This document shows, in pieces, positions 17,370 to 28,412 of a stretch of 51,785 bases of DNA; position 1 is the stretch's first letter; every line of letters begins with the position of its first letter. A program made the translations under genes and the position numbers. Location: positions 1-51,785 of IMG/VR virus record IMGVR_UViG_3300017913_002494; one strand, written 5' to 3'. The notes under the pieces are model-generated. The model did not search any database. It worked only from the letters and a program-made list of their open reading frames with translations, and had not been told where the DNA came from. The DNA is from a virus. Lineage: Duplodnaviria > Caudoviricetes.

Positions 17370-18331
17370 TGGCACAAGATTATAATAGAAGAGCGCTGAC
17401 TATTCAGCAACCGGCGATTGAGGAAGCTCTGCCTGAATATTTTCAGACGGACAACTCTAAACTTGTCACTCTCATCGAGAAATACTATGACTTTCTTGAT
17501 AGTGATGGTAAGCACGCGTTTGGTACTTCTATTCGAGATCTTCACCATGTCAGAGATGTTGCAGAAACGGATCAGATCGATGAGTTGATCAAGGAGATTG
17601 GTAACGGTCTTCAGTCTGCTGCGTTCTTCAAGGAGCCACGCCTTATGGCAAAGCTTCTTGCCAAGTTTTATCGTTCAAAAGGTTCTCTCGTTTCAGTGGA
17701 AGGTTTCTTCCGCGGCTTCTTTGGCGAGGAAGTAGAAGTAGAATATCCAAAAGATCAGATTTTTATTGTAGGTGAATCGAACATTGGATTTGATTCACAA
17801 AGATTTATTCAGAACAATGAACTATATCAGATCTTTTCGATTCTACTGAAAGTTGGTCTATCAACACAAGACTATGAAACTCTGTACAAAAGATTTGTAC
17901 ACCCTGCAGGATTCTTCTTTGCCGGTCAGGTTCTTTCTGTCGGTGAAGGTGATGCATCTCTTTCTGCACCGTTTACAATCAATCCAATTGATTCGGCTGC
18001 GCTGAATCCGATCTTTGCGTCCGAGGCTGCAGCACTTCCGATTGGTACATTGTCAGAGTTTACAAATATTATCGAGTCTGATGGCATCGAACTGAGAGTT
18101 GGTGTCGGTAACTCCATTTCAACCTATGCTGATTCCGCACTTGATTCAAGCGTAACCGTGACTATGCTGAATAACTTCTATGGTTCTATTATGGAACTCG
18201 TTACACCGAACTCATTTACATTCGATGATAGCGCAGCATCAGACAGGCCTGATTTCTCAATGACTCTAGAAACGATGGATGCAGAAATGTTTACGAGATA
18301 TACTGCAAATATCCTCGATTCTTCGATATAA
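17369..18331 (+). CDS. short baseplate wedge protein (gp7-like)
   Basis: FYRSKGS, FFGE, VHPAGF motifs; follows gp6. Confidence 0.7.
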   Translation: MAQDYNRRALTIQQPAIEEALPEYFQTDNSKLVTLIEKYYDFLDSDGKHAFGTSIRDLHHVRDVAETDQIDELIKEIGNGLQSAAFFKEPRLMAKLLAKFYRSKGSLVSVEGFFRGFFGEEVEVEYPKDQIFIVGESNIGFDSQRFIQNNELYQIFSILLKVGLSTQDYETLYKRFVHPAGFFFAGQVLSVGEGDASLSAPFTINPIDSAALNPIFASEAAALPIGTLSEFTNIIESDGIELRVGVGNSISTYADSALDSSVTVTMLNNFYGSIMELVTPNSFTFDDSAASDRPDFSMTLETMDAEMFTRYTANILDSSI

Positions 18332-18334
18332 ATA
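18327..18334 (+). promoter_or_regulatory. T4 late promoter TATAAATA
   Basis: exact consensus. Confidence 0.8.
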
Positions 18335-18357
18335 AAGTAAACGATTAAGAGTGAAAA

Positions 18358-19179
18358 ATGACTAGACAAAACATTGCAATTGGCTCAACCGCTAACGATG
18401 GTACAGGTGATACTCTTCGCGCGGCTGGCACTAAGATTAATGAAAACTTCGTAGAGGTATATAGACGTCTCGGAGGAGACTCGAATACGCTCTCTACTCA
18501 GATTACACTTGAAGATAGCTCGATTGTATTTGAAGGCTCGGCGTCGGATGCGCACGAGACTCGCCTGGCAGTCATCAATCCAACCGCGGATCGGCTCGTA
18601 CAACTCCCTGATGGTAGTGGTGTTGTCGTGCTGGATGCCTCGACTAACACTCTTACAAATAAGACACTAACTGAGCCTACAATCTATAGGCCTATTATTC
18701 AACAGTCAATCAATGACTCGAACGGCAATATTCTAATCAACCTGACAAGCACAGCAAGTGCCGTCAATAATATTACAATCACCAACCAGTCTACGACTAA
18801 CACACCATCGATCGGTGCAAGTGGTGATTCGGCAAACTTGAACCTTGACATTACTGGTAAAGGTACCGGTTCGGTTGATATTCAAAAGATTGCTTTGAGT
18901 AGTGTTGAAATGACAGCGACTGGAACCGTATCGCAGACCGCAAGCTATATTATCTTTAATGGAACTCTTGCGATTGCTGCAGCTCTCGGTGATGGTACAA
19001 CAACCGGTGAGATGAAGTTCTTTACAAACAAAGGTTCTCTTGCTGTAACAGTTACACCGACCAACTTTGCTGGTGGTGTATCATTTGCACTTGGCCAGAA
19101 TGAAGCAGCTCAATGTATTTGGGATGGATCTAACTGGTTCCTCACTGGTAACTCAAGCATTCTAACAATAACGTTATAG
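18358..19179 (+). CDS. baseplate-fibre connector (gp9/gp10-like N-terminus)
   Basis: IGSTANDGTGDTLRAAGTKINENF.EVY motif. Confidence 0.8.
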   Translation: MTRQNIAIGSTANDGTGDTLRAAGTKINENFVEVYRRLGGDSNTLSTQITLEDSSIVFEGSASDAHETRLAVINPTADRLVQLPDGSGVVVLDASTNTLTNKTLTEPTIYRPIIQQSINDSNGNILINLTSTASAVNNITITNQSTTNTPSIGASGDSANLNLDITGKGTGSVDIQKIALSSVEMTATGTVSQTASYIIFNGTLAIAAALGDGTTTGEMKFFTNKGSLAVTVTPTNFAGGVSFALGQNEAAQCIWDGSNWFLTGNSSILTITL

Positions 19180-19190
19180 GGTGATATAAT

Positions 19191-20570
19191 ATGGTAGCTA
19201 TTGTAACCGATGCACTAAAACAACAAATCGCAGATCTGATCTTCCAGGAAGCAGATAATAGCACTGATAGTGACGAGTTCTTCATTGGTATTGGTAAGGC
19301 CGATGCCTATGACTCATCAGACACTGTTGCTACACCTGTACGTACGACTAAAGAAGAAAGAGAAGCAAGAAATAATCTACAGTCGGTGAAGAAAGTCACC
19401 GGCCAATCATTCGTTATTCCAAGATATAACTGGACATCTGGTGGTATCTACAATGCGTGGTCAGATGAGTTTGTTGGTATTCCTTCAAACACATACTACG
19501 TAATGACAGAGGATAACGAGGTTTACATCTGTCTGCAACAAGGTAAGAACGCGGCTGGTCAAGCAAATCAGTCAACAGTCAAGCCTTCATATACGGATGC
19601 GGGTGTTAACGAGATCAGAGCATTCAGAACTTCTGACGGATACGTTTGGAAACTGGTCTATGCTATCTCGGCAGCTCGAGCAAATACATTCCTGTCTTCT
19701 ACTTTCATTCCGATTCAAGATGTGAGTAAAGATTCTGCGTCTGCAAACGCATTTGAACTACAGCAGCTTAACATTAAAAACTCGACTCGTCCTGGCGCCA
19801 TTGTTGGCGTAGAGATTGAGCAGGGTGGAACTGGTTTCACATCGGCACCGACTATTACAATCAACGGTAATGGTACTGGAGCAGCGGCTACTGCCACTAT
19901 TTCAGGTAACACAATCGTAAAAGTCGAGATGAATAACGAGTCTGCTGGACTTGGTAGTGGATATGATTATGCCTCTATCAGCCTGTCCGGTGGAGGTGGA
20001 TCCGGTGCTTCACTCAGACCTATTATCGGTCCAAGAGAAGGCATTGGTCATTCGGCCATTGCTGATCTCAAGGCCTCTTCTATTATGTTCAACATCAAAC
20101 CTTCCGGTGCTGAAAACGATACATTCAATATTACAAACGACTTTAGACAGATACTTCTATTGAAGAATGTTGAACAGTCTGATAGTGATACTGCTGGTAT
20201 TCGTTTCAAAGGTTCATCGTCAAAGGCACAAAGATTCCTTACGATTAATGGAACTATCTCCACGGCCGGTTTTGTTGTTGATGAAACAATGACTGGTGGT
20301 ACATCTGGCGCTACAGCATTTGTTGATGAACTTGATTCTGCAGGAGGAAATAAGATCTTCTTCCATCAGAATGCAAATAATATCGCAGGTGATTTCAGTG
20401 ACGGTGAAACAATCACTGGTTCAGGATCCGGTTCTGCAACTGTAGATAGCGCAGTCAAGGCTTCGGCGGTTGATCCCCATAGCGGAGACTTGCTATATAT
20501 AGAAAACAGAGCACGAGTCATTCGGTCTTCGGCTCAAACAGAAGACATTAAAGTTATTATTACGGTGTAA
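19191..20570 (+). CDS. gp8: baseplate wedge subunit
   Basis: VIPRYNWTSG, YYVMT...VYICL, DGYVWK, NDFRQI, YIENR...R...QTEDIK. Confidence 0.88.
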   Translation: MVAIVTDALKQQIADLIFQEADNSTDSDEFFIGIGKADAYDSSDTVATPVRTTKEEREARNNLQSVKKVTGQSFVIPRYNWTSGGIYNAWSDEFVGIPSNTYYVMTEDNEVYICLQQGKNAAGQANQSTVKPSYTDAGVNEIRAFRTSDGYVWKLVYAISAARANTFLSSTFIPIQDVSKDSASANAFELQQLNIKNSTRPGAIVGVEIEQGGTGFTSAPTITINGNGTGAAATATISGNTIVKVEMNNESAGLGSGYDYASISLSGGGGSGASLRPIIGPREGIGHSAIADLKASSIMFNIKPSGAENDTFNITNDFRQILLLKNVEQSDSDTAGIRFKGSSSKAQRFLTINGTISTAGFVVDETMTGGTSGATAFVDELDSAGGNKIFFHQNANNIAGDFSDGETITGSGSGSATVDSAVKASAVDPHSGDLLYIENRARVIRSSAQTEDIKVIITV

Positions 20571-20573
20571 AGA

Positions 20574-23500
20574 ATGGCAACAAATCTTACAAATACCACG
20601 TTTTCGACTACGTATAAAGACGATTTCAAGGATAGCGATCATTATCATCGCGTTCTCTTTAACTCTGGCAAAGCGCTTCAAGCTCGTGAACTTACACAGC
20701 TTCAAACAATCATCCAAAAGGAGATTGAGCGGTTTGGCTCGAACATTTTCGTAGATGGTGGTGTTGTAAAGCCAGGCGGACTGTCAGTCAATAACAGATT
20801 TGAGTTTATTAAACTCGCTGCTGGTCAGCTTCCGACAAATACATCTCAGATCCTCGGTAAAGTATTTACAGTTAAGTCACCAGATCCACAGCTTGAGGTG
20901 AAGATTCTTAAAGTTGTACCTGCATCTGGTTCTGATCCCGACACTCTCTACGTAGAATATATGAGCACTTCGGCCGGTACATCATCGGCTACTCCTATTC
21001 GTGTAGGTAATGGTCAAACTCTCGAGAACACAGTTCTTGGCAATAGCTTTGATATGCTCACTGCTTCGACAGGAGCATCTGGCGTAGGTACCGAAGCATC
21101 GGTCGCCGAAGGTATCTTCTTTGTGCAAGGACACTTTGTCTTTGCTAAGAAACAATCTATCTTTGTCGATAAGTATTCTGGTACACCTAGCGAAGAAGTT
21201 GGTTTCAAGGTAATCGAACAGACGGTTACGGCAGACGATAATAGTGCACTGTTTGATAACCAAGGGGCATCACCTAACCTTGCTGCACCTGGTGCTGACA
21301 GATATCAGATCGTTCTGAATCTGACAAACAAGTCGGATCTTGGAGCCTCGGACAACTTTGTATATCTCGCTCGGTTGTCGAGTGGTAAGATTGTCGATGA
21401 GACCAAGAAGGAAGATGCATATAATACTCTGACAGATCTTCTTGCGTTGAGAACAAAGGAAGAATCTGGTAACTATATCGTAAAGCCATTTAACGCTAAG
21501 TACGAAGATCTCAACGATTCAAACCTTCAACTGCAAGTCAGTGATGGTATTGTATACGTTGATGGATATCGTCTTGAAGTTGGTGCAAAGAATATTACAG
21601 TACCGAAAGCACAGGAAACAGTAACAATCGACAACGAAACTGTCGTTGTTCAATATGGTAACTATGTCATTGGTAACGCCACAAATAATAAAGGCCTGCC
21701 AAACATTGAGACAAACGCTGAGTTTAGCCTCTATGATACAGCAGCTCTAGGTGGTAACCATCTTGGATTTGCTCGCTGTAGAGCGATTGAAAAGGATGGA
21801 TCCTCATACAGATTCTATTTGTTTGATATTCGCATGAACTCTGGTTCAAGCTTCTCGGCTGTTAAGTCATTTGGTACTGGTTCTGCTGACTATGTTAACG
21901 TGGTCTTGGAAGGTGGTAGTGCTGTACTGAAAAGTACACTCAATAATGATCTCCTCTTCCCACTTCCACGTAGTCGTCCTACACAAACTGGTATTACAGC
22001 AGACACTGTAACAGTACAAAGACGTTATACATTTACTACAAACTCAGGTGGTAGCGTAACTGGTGCGCCTTCTGGTGGACCGGGTACTGGATATACATTT
22101 ACAAACACATCGCAGTGGATTATCTCAGCAGTTGATGGTGCAGTTGAAACTGGTACTATTACACTGAACGGAACACAGACTGCTTTTGATGTCACAGGTC
22201 TGACTGGTTCTACGGACTACGAAGTGATTGCCTATGTAAATAAGTCATCACCTACAGCACGTACAAAGAACCTGACCGAAACAACTATTACTAAATCCTG
22301 GCCGGCAGATGCAGAATCTGATGGTTCAGGTAATGGCGTACAGTTTATCAGCCTTGATAAGCCGGACGTCTTTAAGGTTAAATCAATCAAACTGACAGAC
22401 TCGGATGGCGCCGATATCTCTTCTAACTTTACAATCGATAATGGACAGAGAGATAACTACTATGGCATTGGCCGTCTAGTTGCAAGAAGTGGTGCTACAT
22501 TCCCGCAGAATGCACAAATCTTCTCTCGGTTTGAACATTTTACTCATACAGCTGGCGACTTCTTTAATGCCAACTCCTATCAGGCTGCGCAGGTAGCATA
22601 CGATAGGATTCCATCACATAGATTGAATACTGGTGAAACTGTATCTCTACGTGATGTTATGGACTTCAGACCAGTCGCTACAAAAGATTTTACAAGCGTA
22701 GACTCTTCGGTTCTTAAGATTCGTTTCGATTCTGACGGTGCAGGAAATAATCCTATCATCAACTATCTTCCGCAGAACACCGGAACATTTACGGCCGATA
22801 TTGTTTACTACATGCCGAGAAGAGATATTCTTGTCGCTACAACTTTGACACCTGGTGGAGAGAGAATCCCAAGAGGTGATGTCAAAGTTATTCAAGGTGC
22901 ATCTTCTCTTGAGCCGCAGTTGCCTGAAACACCTGTTGGTTCAATGCCGCTGTATAACTTTAAGCTCAATCCATTTACACTGGATGAGTCCGATACATCG
23001 AGCACATTCATTCCGGCAAAACGATTTACAATGGCAGACATTGCAGAACTTGAAACTCGTATCGATGAGCTTCAGGAACTGACAACACTGAGCCTGCTTG
23101 AACTCAATACTACATCACTTGAAGTTCTCGATTCTTCGGGTAATCCAAGAACAAAAGCTGGATTCCTTGTCGATAACTTTAAGGATGCCACCTTCTCTGC
23201 TATCGATAGAGAAGAATATCGTGCTGGCCATGACAACCTTGAAGGTTTGCTCGAGCCACTGCAGACTGCAAGAAACGTAAGACTGATTCACGATTCAGAT
23301 AACTCTACTACAGAACGTAGAGGTGATATTGTTACACTGCCGATCTCGAGCCATGTAGCTCTCATCAATCAGAACCTTGCAACAGAAACAGAGAACATTA
23401 ATCCATTTGCGGTTATTGTATCACAAGGACATATGGACCTTTCACCTTCTTCTGACGAATGGGTAGAAACACAATATGCACCTGACGTTATTGTTAATGT

Positions 23501-25688
23501 TGATGGTGGTACCGAAAGACTCAGCACTCGCTGGATTGCACGTATACGTCAGAGACTATCTGCATTCCGTGATAGTTGGATTGGTAACCCTGTTGGTTCA
23601 AGAGTTCTTGTACGTGGTACACCTCGTAACCGTAGAGAAACGATTGGTGATCGTGTAGTTGATACACAGTTCATTCCGTTTATGAGATCACGTAAGATCT
23701 TCTTCCGTACACAAGGCCTGCGTAGATTTACAAAGCACTTCCTCTTCTTTGGTGGTACAGACATTACTACATTTGCAAGAGCTGAAACAACATTCCAGAG
23801 ATTCGCTACTCGCGATGACAATCCTGGCAACATCTTTACTAATGCCACTACACACCCTGATGGTGCAAGTGATCTTGTATCTGATTCAGCTGGTGGTCTT
23901 ATTGGTTCGTTTATTATTCCATCAACGAGCTCAACAAGATTCCGTACCGGTACACAGAGAGTTCAGCTTATGGACGTTAGCTCTGGTGTAGCAGATGATG
24001 CGGTGTCAAAGGCACAAACTACATTTACCTCAACCGGTGTTCTGTCAACTCGTCAGAGAACAATCAGAAACACTCGTATTGAAACCGAGTTCTTTGTTCA
24101 GGAATATGATCCACTTGCACAGTCATTCCGTGTAGATGGTGCTGACAATCCTAACGGTGTGTTCATTACGAAGGTTGATGCATTCTTTAATACAAGAGAT
24201 GATGTCACAAACGGTGTTCCGGTACAACTTCAGCTCCGTACAGTAGAAAATGGTATTCCTACTTCGGCTCCGATTCCTGGTGCAGTCAAGTTCCTGCAGC
24301 CAAGTGAAGTCAGTATTCCGAGTGATCTGAATAATATTTCAACTATTAGATCTACACCGACTACATTCGAGTTTGATGAGCCAGTATATCTTGAGCCACA
24401 GCGTGACTATGCGATTGTTCTCCTTGCAGACACAACAGCCTATAACGTTTATGTCGCCAAGACATATGAGTTCCTGATCGGATCCACGCAACAGAGAGTG
24501 AATAAGCAACCTACACTTGGTTCTATGTTCCTTTCTCAGAATGGTATTACATGGACACCTGATCAGCAAAGAGATCTAATGTTCAAGTTGTATCGTGCTG
24601 ACTTTAGCTCATCCGCTCAAACGACTATGACAAACTCCGAGCCACCCGAAGAACTGCTTGGTAACAATCCGATTCTGACAGATTCTGGTAGTTCCACATT
24701 GAGATTCTTCCATGAGGGTCATGGCTTTACAAGAAATGATAAGATTCGTATTCGCGGTCTCGATTCATCCGCATCGTTTGCTGGTATCCAAGGTGCTTCG
24801 ATTAACGGTACAAGAACTATCGTTAATGTTGACCATACCGGTTATACACTAGCGGCTGACTCCAATGCAACATCTACAATCCGTGTAGGTGGAAACGGAG
24901 TGATCACGACTCAAAATGCAATGTTTGACGCATTCATTCCACAGGTTCAGACTATGACACCTGATGGAGCAAGCCTGTCCGCTAAAGTCAAACTGACGGA
25001 CGGTGCTTCCTATGCAAATGGTAGAAATACATCATCTGCACCAAGAACGAAAGCATCTGCATTCAGCTCTATTACACTGAACGAACCGAACTTTAACGAA
25101 GGACCAAAGGCTATCTACTCAGGCGTGAATGAAGCACTGGCTCCTCTATCCGGTACTAAGTCACTGACAATGCAGCTGGATCTTTCGACCACAGATACAA
25201 AAGTTTCACCAGTTGTTGATCTACAGAGAAACTCGATTGCTACATTCGAGAATATTATCGATAAGCAAGATTCTGCTGCAACATCTGGATTTAACGTACC
25301 TTTGAACTTTACTGCAGAAACACATCCTTCGGATGGATCAAGCGCAGCCAAGCACGTAACAACTGCGGTTACACTTGAAGAGCCGGCCGTTGGATTGAAG
25401 ATCCTGTTTGCCGGTAACAGACCTTCTGCCGCAAGATTCAAAGTATTCTTCAAGACTGCTACCGATGAGAGTCTCGATGACGTAGCATTTGTTGAAGTAT
25501 CAGAAGCAACATCAAATCCGGCTGACGAAACTAAGACTACATTTAGACAGTATGAGTTTCTTGCTGGTGGACAGGGTGGATTCCTTGATACATTCACCAA
25601 GTTCCAAGTGAAGATTGTAATGGAAACAACTAACTCTTCAAAAAGTCCTTCAATAAAAGACTTGAGAGTTATTGCGATGGTAACGTAA
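20574..25688 (+). CDS. VrlC-like (DUF4815-type) large virion structural protein
   Basis: Y.DDF....YHRVLF..G..LQARELTQLQT, APGADRY, GFLVDNF, DPLAQSF. Confidence 0.85.
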   Translation: MATNLTNTTFSTTYKDDFKDSDHYHRVLFNSGKALQARELTQLQTIIQKEIERFGSNIFVDGGVVKPGGLSVNNRFEFIKLAAGQLPTNTSQILGKVFTVKSPDPQLEVKILKVVPASGSDPDTLYVEYMSTSAGTSSATPIRVGNGQTLENTVLGNSFDMLTASTGASGVGTEASVAEGIFFVQGHFVFAKKQSIFVDKYSGTPSEEVGFKVIEQTVTADDNSALFDNQGASPNLAAPGADRYQIVLNLTNKSDLGASDNFVYLARLSSGKIVDETKKEDAYNTLTDLLALRTKEESGNYIVKPFNAKYEDLNDSNLQLQVSDGIVYVDGYRLEVGAKNITVPKAQETVTIDNETVVVQYGNYVIGNATNNKGLPNIETNAEFSLYDTAALGGNHLGFARCRAIEKDGSSYRFYLFDIRMNSGSSFSAVKSFGTGSADYVNVVLEGGSAVLKSTLNNDLLFPLPRSRPTQTGITADTVTVQRRYTFTTNSGGSVTGAPSGGPGTGYTFTNTSQWIISAVDGAVETGTITLNGTQTAFDVTGLTGSTDYEVIAYVNKSSPTARTKNLTETTITKSWPADAESDGSGNGVQFISLDKPDVFKVKSIKLTDSDGADISSNFTIDNGQRDNYYGIGRLVARSGATFPQNAQIFSRFEHFTHTAGDFFNANSYQAAQVAYDRIPSHRLNTGETVSLRDVMDFRPVATKDFTSVDSSVLKIRFDSDGAGNNPIINYLPQNTGTFTADIVYYMPRRDILVATTLTPGGERIPRGDVKVIQGASSLEPQLPETPVGSMPLYNFKLNPFTLDESDTSSTFIPAKRFTMADIAELETRIDELQELTTLSLLELNTTSLEVLDSSGNPRTKAGFLVDNFKDATFSAIDREEYRAGHDNLEGLLEPLQTARNVRLIHDSDNSTTERRGDIVTLPISSHVALINQNLATETENINPFAVIVSQGHMDLSPSSDEWVETQYAPDVIVNVDGGTERLSTRWIARIRQRLSAFRDSWIGNPVGSRVLVRGTPRNRRETIGDRVVDTQFIPFMRSRKIFFRTQGLRRFTKHFLFFGGTDITTFARAETTFQRFATRDDNPGNIFTNATTHPDGASDLVSDSAGGLIGSFIIPSTSSTRFRTGTQRVQLMDVSSGVADDAVSKAQTTFTSTGVLSTRQRTIRNTRIETEFFVQEYDPLAQSFRVDGADNPNGVFITKVDAFFNTRDDVTNGVPVQLQLRTVENGIPTSAPIPGAVKFLQPSEVSIPSDLNNISTIRSTPTTFEFDEPVYLEPQRDYAIVLLADTTAYNVYVAKTYEFLIGSTQQRVNKQPTLGSMFLSQNGITWTPDQQRDLMFKLYRADFSSSAQTTMTNSEPPEELLGNNPILTDSGSSTLRFFHEGHGFTRNDKIRIRGLDSSASFAGIQGASINGTRTIVNVDHTGYTLAADSNATSTIRVGGNGVITTQNAMFDAFIPQVQTMTPDGASLSAKVKLTDGASYANGRNTSSAPRTKASAFSSITLNEPNFNEGPKAIYSGVNEALAPLSGTKSLTMQLDLSTTDTKVSPVVDLQRNSIATFENIIDKQDSAATSGFNVPLNFTAETHPSDGSSAAKHVTTAVTLEEPAVGLKILFAGNRPSAARFKVFFKTATDESLDDVAFVEVSEATSNPADETKTTFRQYEFLAGGQGGFLDTFTKFQVKIVMETTNSSKSPSIKDLRVIAMVT

Positions 25689-25921
25689 TGAATAAATATA
25701 TACAGGTTGACGGACATCCTGGACTTGTAAGAGACAGATCTTCCGGCGCCATCATTAACGTGAACTCGCAGGAAATGACTAACGCCCGAGCAAGAAAAGC
25801 GAAATGGAGAGCCGACCAAGAAGAACTAGTCAGTCTCCGTTCAGATGTTCAAGAAATGAAAGCAATGCTTGCGAAGATATTAGAGGATAAAGATGGCGAT
25901 AACAAACATCAATCTTTCTGA
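25688..25921 (+). CDS. small coiled-coil protein following VrlC-like gene
   Basis: V.GHPGLVRD..SGAIIN; C-terminal heptads. Confidence 0.75.
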   Translation: MNKYIQVDGHPGLVRDRSSGAIINVNSQEMTNARARKAKWRADQEELVSLRSDVQEMKAMLAKILEDKDGDNKHQSF

Positions 25922-26408
25922 CGCAGTTTCTACCTGGGTCACGAAAACAAATACGATCGCCACCAATGTAGGTGATATTGCACTCCTGAATCAAGGGTCA
26001 AACCTTGTTGCGGGTGTAAACAACGTTGACTCGAATGTTGGTACTCTATCGTCACTGAGTACTACAGATAAGTCTGACCTTGTGTCGGCGATCAATGAAG
26101 TACAAAGCGCGGCCTCGGCTGCATTAGTTAGATCAAGATTCCAAGAGGGTATTGGTCTAAACTTTGATTCTGCTAATGGTACACTCTCGGCTGAGCTAGC
26201 AACAACGAGAGATTCTATTGGTGATACCGGTAAGAATGCTGGTATTGGAATGTATTCATCAACGCACTTTACTGTAAGCAGTGATAGTGCACTTGTTGAA
26301 CTTGCTGATAGTGCGGTGAGTTCGGCTAAACTTCGAGGAGCAGTTAGATTTAGAATATATAACTCTACTGGAGGAACTTTAAAAGATTTATATGGAGCTG
26401 GAAGCTAA
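25893..26408 (+). CDS. virion structural / short fibre-like protein
   Basis: W..KTN, L.TTDKSDLVSAINE fibre-like motif; five DS motifs. Confidence 0.7.
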   Translation: MAITNINLSDAVSTWVTKTNTIATNVGDIALLNQGSNLVAGVNNVDSNVGTLSSLSTTDKSDLVSAINEVQSAASAALVRSRFQEGIGLNFDSANGTLSAELATTRDSIGDTGKNAGIGMYSSTHFTVSSDSALVELADSAVSSAKLRGAVRFRIYNSTGGTLKDLYGAGS

Positions 26409-27343
26409 TGGCCACAAGAACCCCACTTTATGTAAACGCTGATGGCGATTTACAAGAAATGACATCGGCAATGATCAATGAGATCATTGCTCAAGTGTCA
26501 TATCAATATTCACAGAGCCCGTCGGTCACTCTTTCAAGAGTGTCATCAGGCGGAAGCTTAGGTACGATTAACGATACGAGATTGCAGGCTGGTGCAGCGA
26601 TCACAAGAACAGAGAGATTTGCTACGGAAGGGGAACTTGCCGAACCGTCCACAGTGACAGTCGGTAACGCAAAGATTACTCAGTCTGTGGCATCACCGTC
26701 GCAACCTGCTGATACAAACAGCAAGGCGTTTCCGATTTACTATACGGCAGGTGGTGACATTCAGTCGATGACATACGATGATATGAACGATACATTCATT
26801 CATCCGGCGATTGATAATCTAGTATCTGGTTCGACCGGTACCGCACAAGGTGGTACATATACTATTGCAACATCAACATCGTTGTCAGGCGCAACTCTTG
26901 TTTCTGGTAGCAGCGTATTCGCCGATACTCGAGCAAACACCGGTGCATATACAGCTGGTGGCATTGCTGAAACACTCGACCAGCCGACAACCGTTACAAA
27001 CTACTATCTACATCAGATTGATGGTGCTGTCCAGTCATACACCGCTCCTGCTTATATCCGCTCCGATAATGACATTCAGACATTCACCACATCTAACTTT
27101 GATACACTCTTGCAAGACTTTGTAAGATACGAAGCTGCTAGCTCGGCTTCAACTTATAGGATCCGCTATAGCTATTCTACTGGTACTAACAGAGGATCAG
27201 GCATGGTGGATACAAAACTGAACGGCTCTGGTAACCGCCAGACTCGATTCGTTAACGCAAACGATTATCGTGCTCAGGAGTTCCCGAATGGATCTCCAGC
27301 GACAATCGCAACTCATAATCTTAAAATTGGCAAATCATCATAA
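26408..27343 (+). CDS. virion structural protein (Ser/Thr/Gly-rich)
   Basis: composition and late-operon context; internal repeat P.Y....D.Q.M. Confidence 0.7.
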   Translation: MATRTPLYVNADGDLQEMTSAMINEIIAQVSYQYSQSPSVTLSRVSSGGSLGTINDTRLQAGAAITRTERFATEGELAEPSTVTVGNAKITQSVASPSQPADTNSKAFPIYYTAGGDIQSMTYDDMNDTFIHPAIDNLVSGSTGTAQGGTYTIATSTSLSGATLVSGSSVFADTRANTGAYTAGGIAETLDQPTTVTNYYLHQIDGAVQSYTAPAYIRSDNDIQTFTTSNFDTLLQDFVRYEAASSASTYRIRYSYSTGTNRGSGMVDTKLNGSGNRQTRFVNANDYRAQEFPNGSPATIATHNLKIGKSS

Positions 27344-27354
27344 GGATTGAAACT

Positions 27355-27858
27355 ATGTTACCAGGATACGACTATCTTACTGCTCATTTTACTGATCAGG
27401 AAAAAACACAGATTGCCACATACTGGGTGGATCCAACCAATCCAGACGCGGTGATTGAAGAATCTATTACTATGGACGACGAGCATCCTGTATATCAGGA
27501 GCTTCTGACTCATACTACTCTCGATGAGATTCACGAAAACACAGTGAATAACATCCGTGAACAGAGAAAAGCATTTGAAGAAATGGTGATGAGAATCGCT
27601 AAACGCGATGGTCTTATCTCCGATATTATTACATCTGAAAATAGCATTTATCAGGTTGTAGCTAATACTATCTTCCAAGACTTTAACGTCGAAAATGATA
27701 ACGCTGCAGAACAGCTGTTTTCATTCAAACTTACTCTGTTCGAACAGGAGTGGTTGAAGAATCATGACGATCGTGAAGGTAAAGCAGCGCTGAGAAAAGC
27801 AAACAGCTATATCGAAGCTATGGAAATCGCAATCGGTCTTTACAAGGCCGCGAAGTAA
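27355..27858 (+). CDS. hypothetical protein
   Basis: AAGGA RBS; last gene of plus-strand operon. Confidence 0.75.
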   Translation: MLPGYDYLTAHFTDQEKTQIATYWVDPTNPDAVIEESITMDDEHPVYQELLTHTTLDEIHENTVNNIREQRKAFEEMVMRIAKRDGLISDIITSENSIYQVVANTIFQDFNVENDNAAEQLFSFKLTLFEQEWLKNHDDREGKAALRKANSYIEAMEIAIGLYKAAK

Positions 27859-28412
27859 GATCTCCACCAGCCTTCAGTCTTCATATATTCATAACGTTGA
27901 TTAAACAGGACGACCGGATATTCCGGTCGTTCTTCTGTTATAGTCTGAAATGAACAGAAGCCATAGTAAATACACTTCGGTTTGAAATGCTCGTACAAAT
28001 ACTGGTCAATACCTTTCCAGTATTTTACCATATAGTAGTCAGGATCCTGTGCAAACTTTTCATGTATATAAGAGAAGTCGCCTTTCCAAGATATAATCGA
28101 TGAGTTGAGCGGTGTATGATAGTCCGGTCTCCACCAAGCTCGACATACATGCAAGTCATTATATACAAACCGATTGCAATCGCCTTTGATTAGAACGTCT
28201 AGATCAAAGTACAGATAGTTCTTTTCTTCTTTGAATCTCTCAAACATTAGAAGCTTATTGAAAACACCGTCATACCTGTCCTCGGTAATGACATGGAAGT
28301 CAGTGTATTCAAGATTTGAATACGTATCAATCATATGTTTTAGATTCTGTACGTATTCTGGTCCGTACTTACTTCCGGTGTTTACGCAAATAATCTCCAA
28401 AGTTCTTGTCAA
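27840..28412 (-). CDS. glycosyltransferase-like (GT-A fold)
   Basis: IICVNTGSKY..EYV.NL, FNKL, YFDLDV (DxD), NSSI, GID. Confidence 0.8.
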   Translation of the reverse strand: MTRTLEIICVNTGSKYGPEYVQNLKHMIDTYSNLEYTDFHVITEDRYDGVFNKLLMFERFKEEKNYLYFDLDVLIKGDCNRFVYNDLHVCRAWWRPDYHTPLNSSIISWKGDFSYIHEKFAQDPDYYMVKYWKGIDQYLYEHFKPKCIYYGFCSFQTITEERPEYPVVLFNQRYEYMKTEGWWRSYFAAL

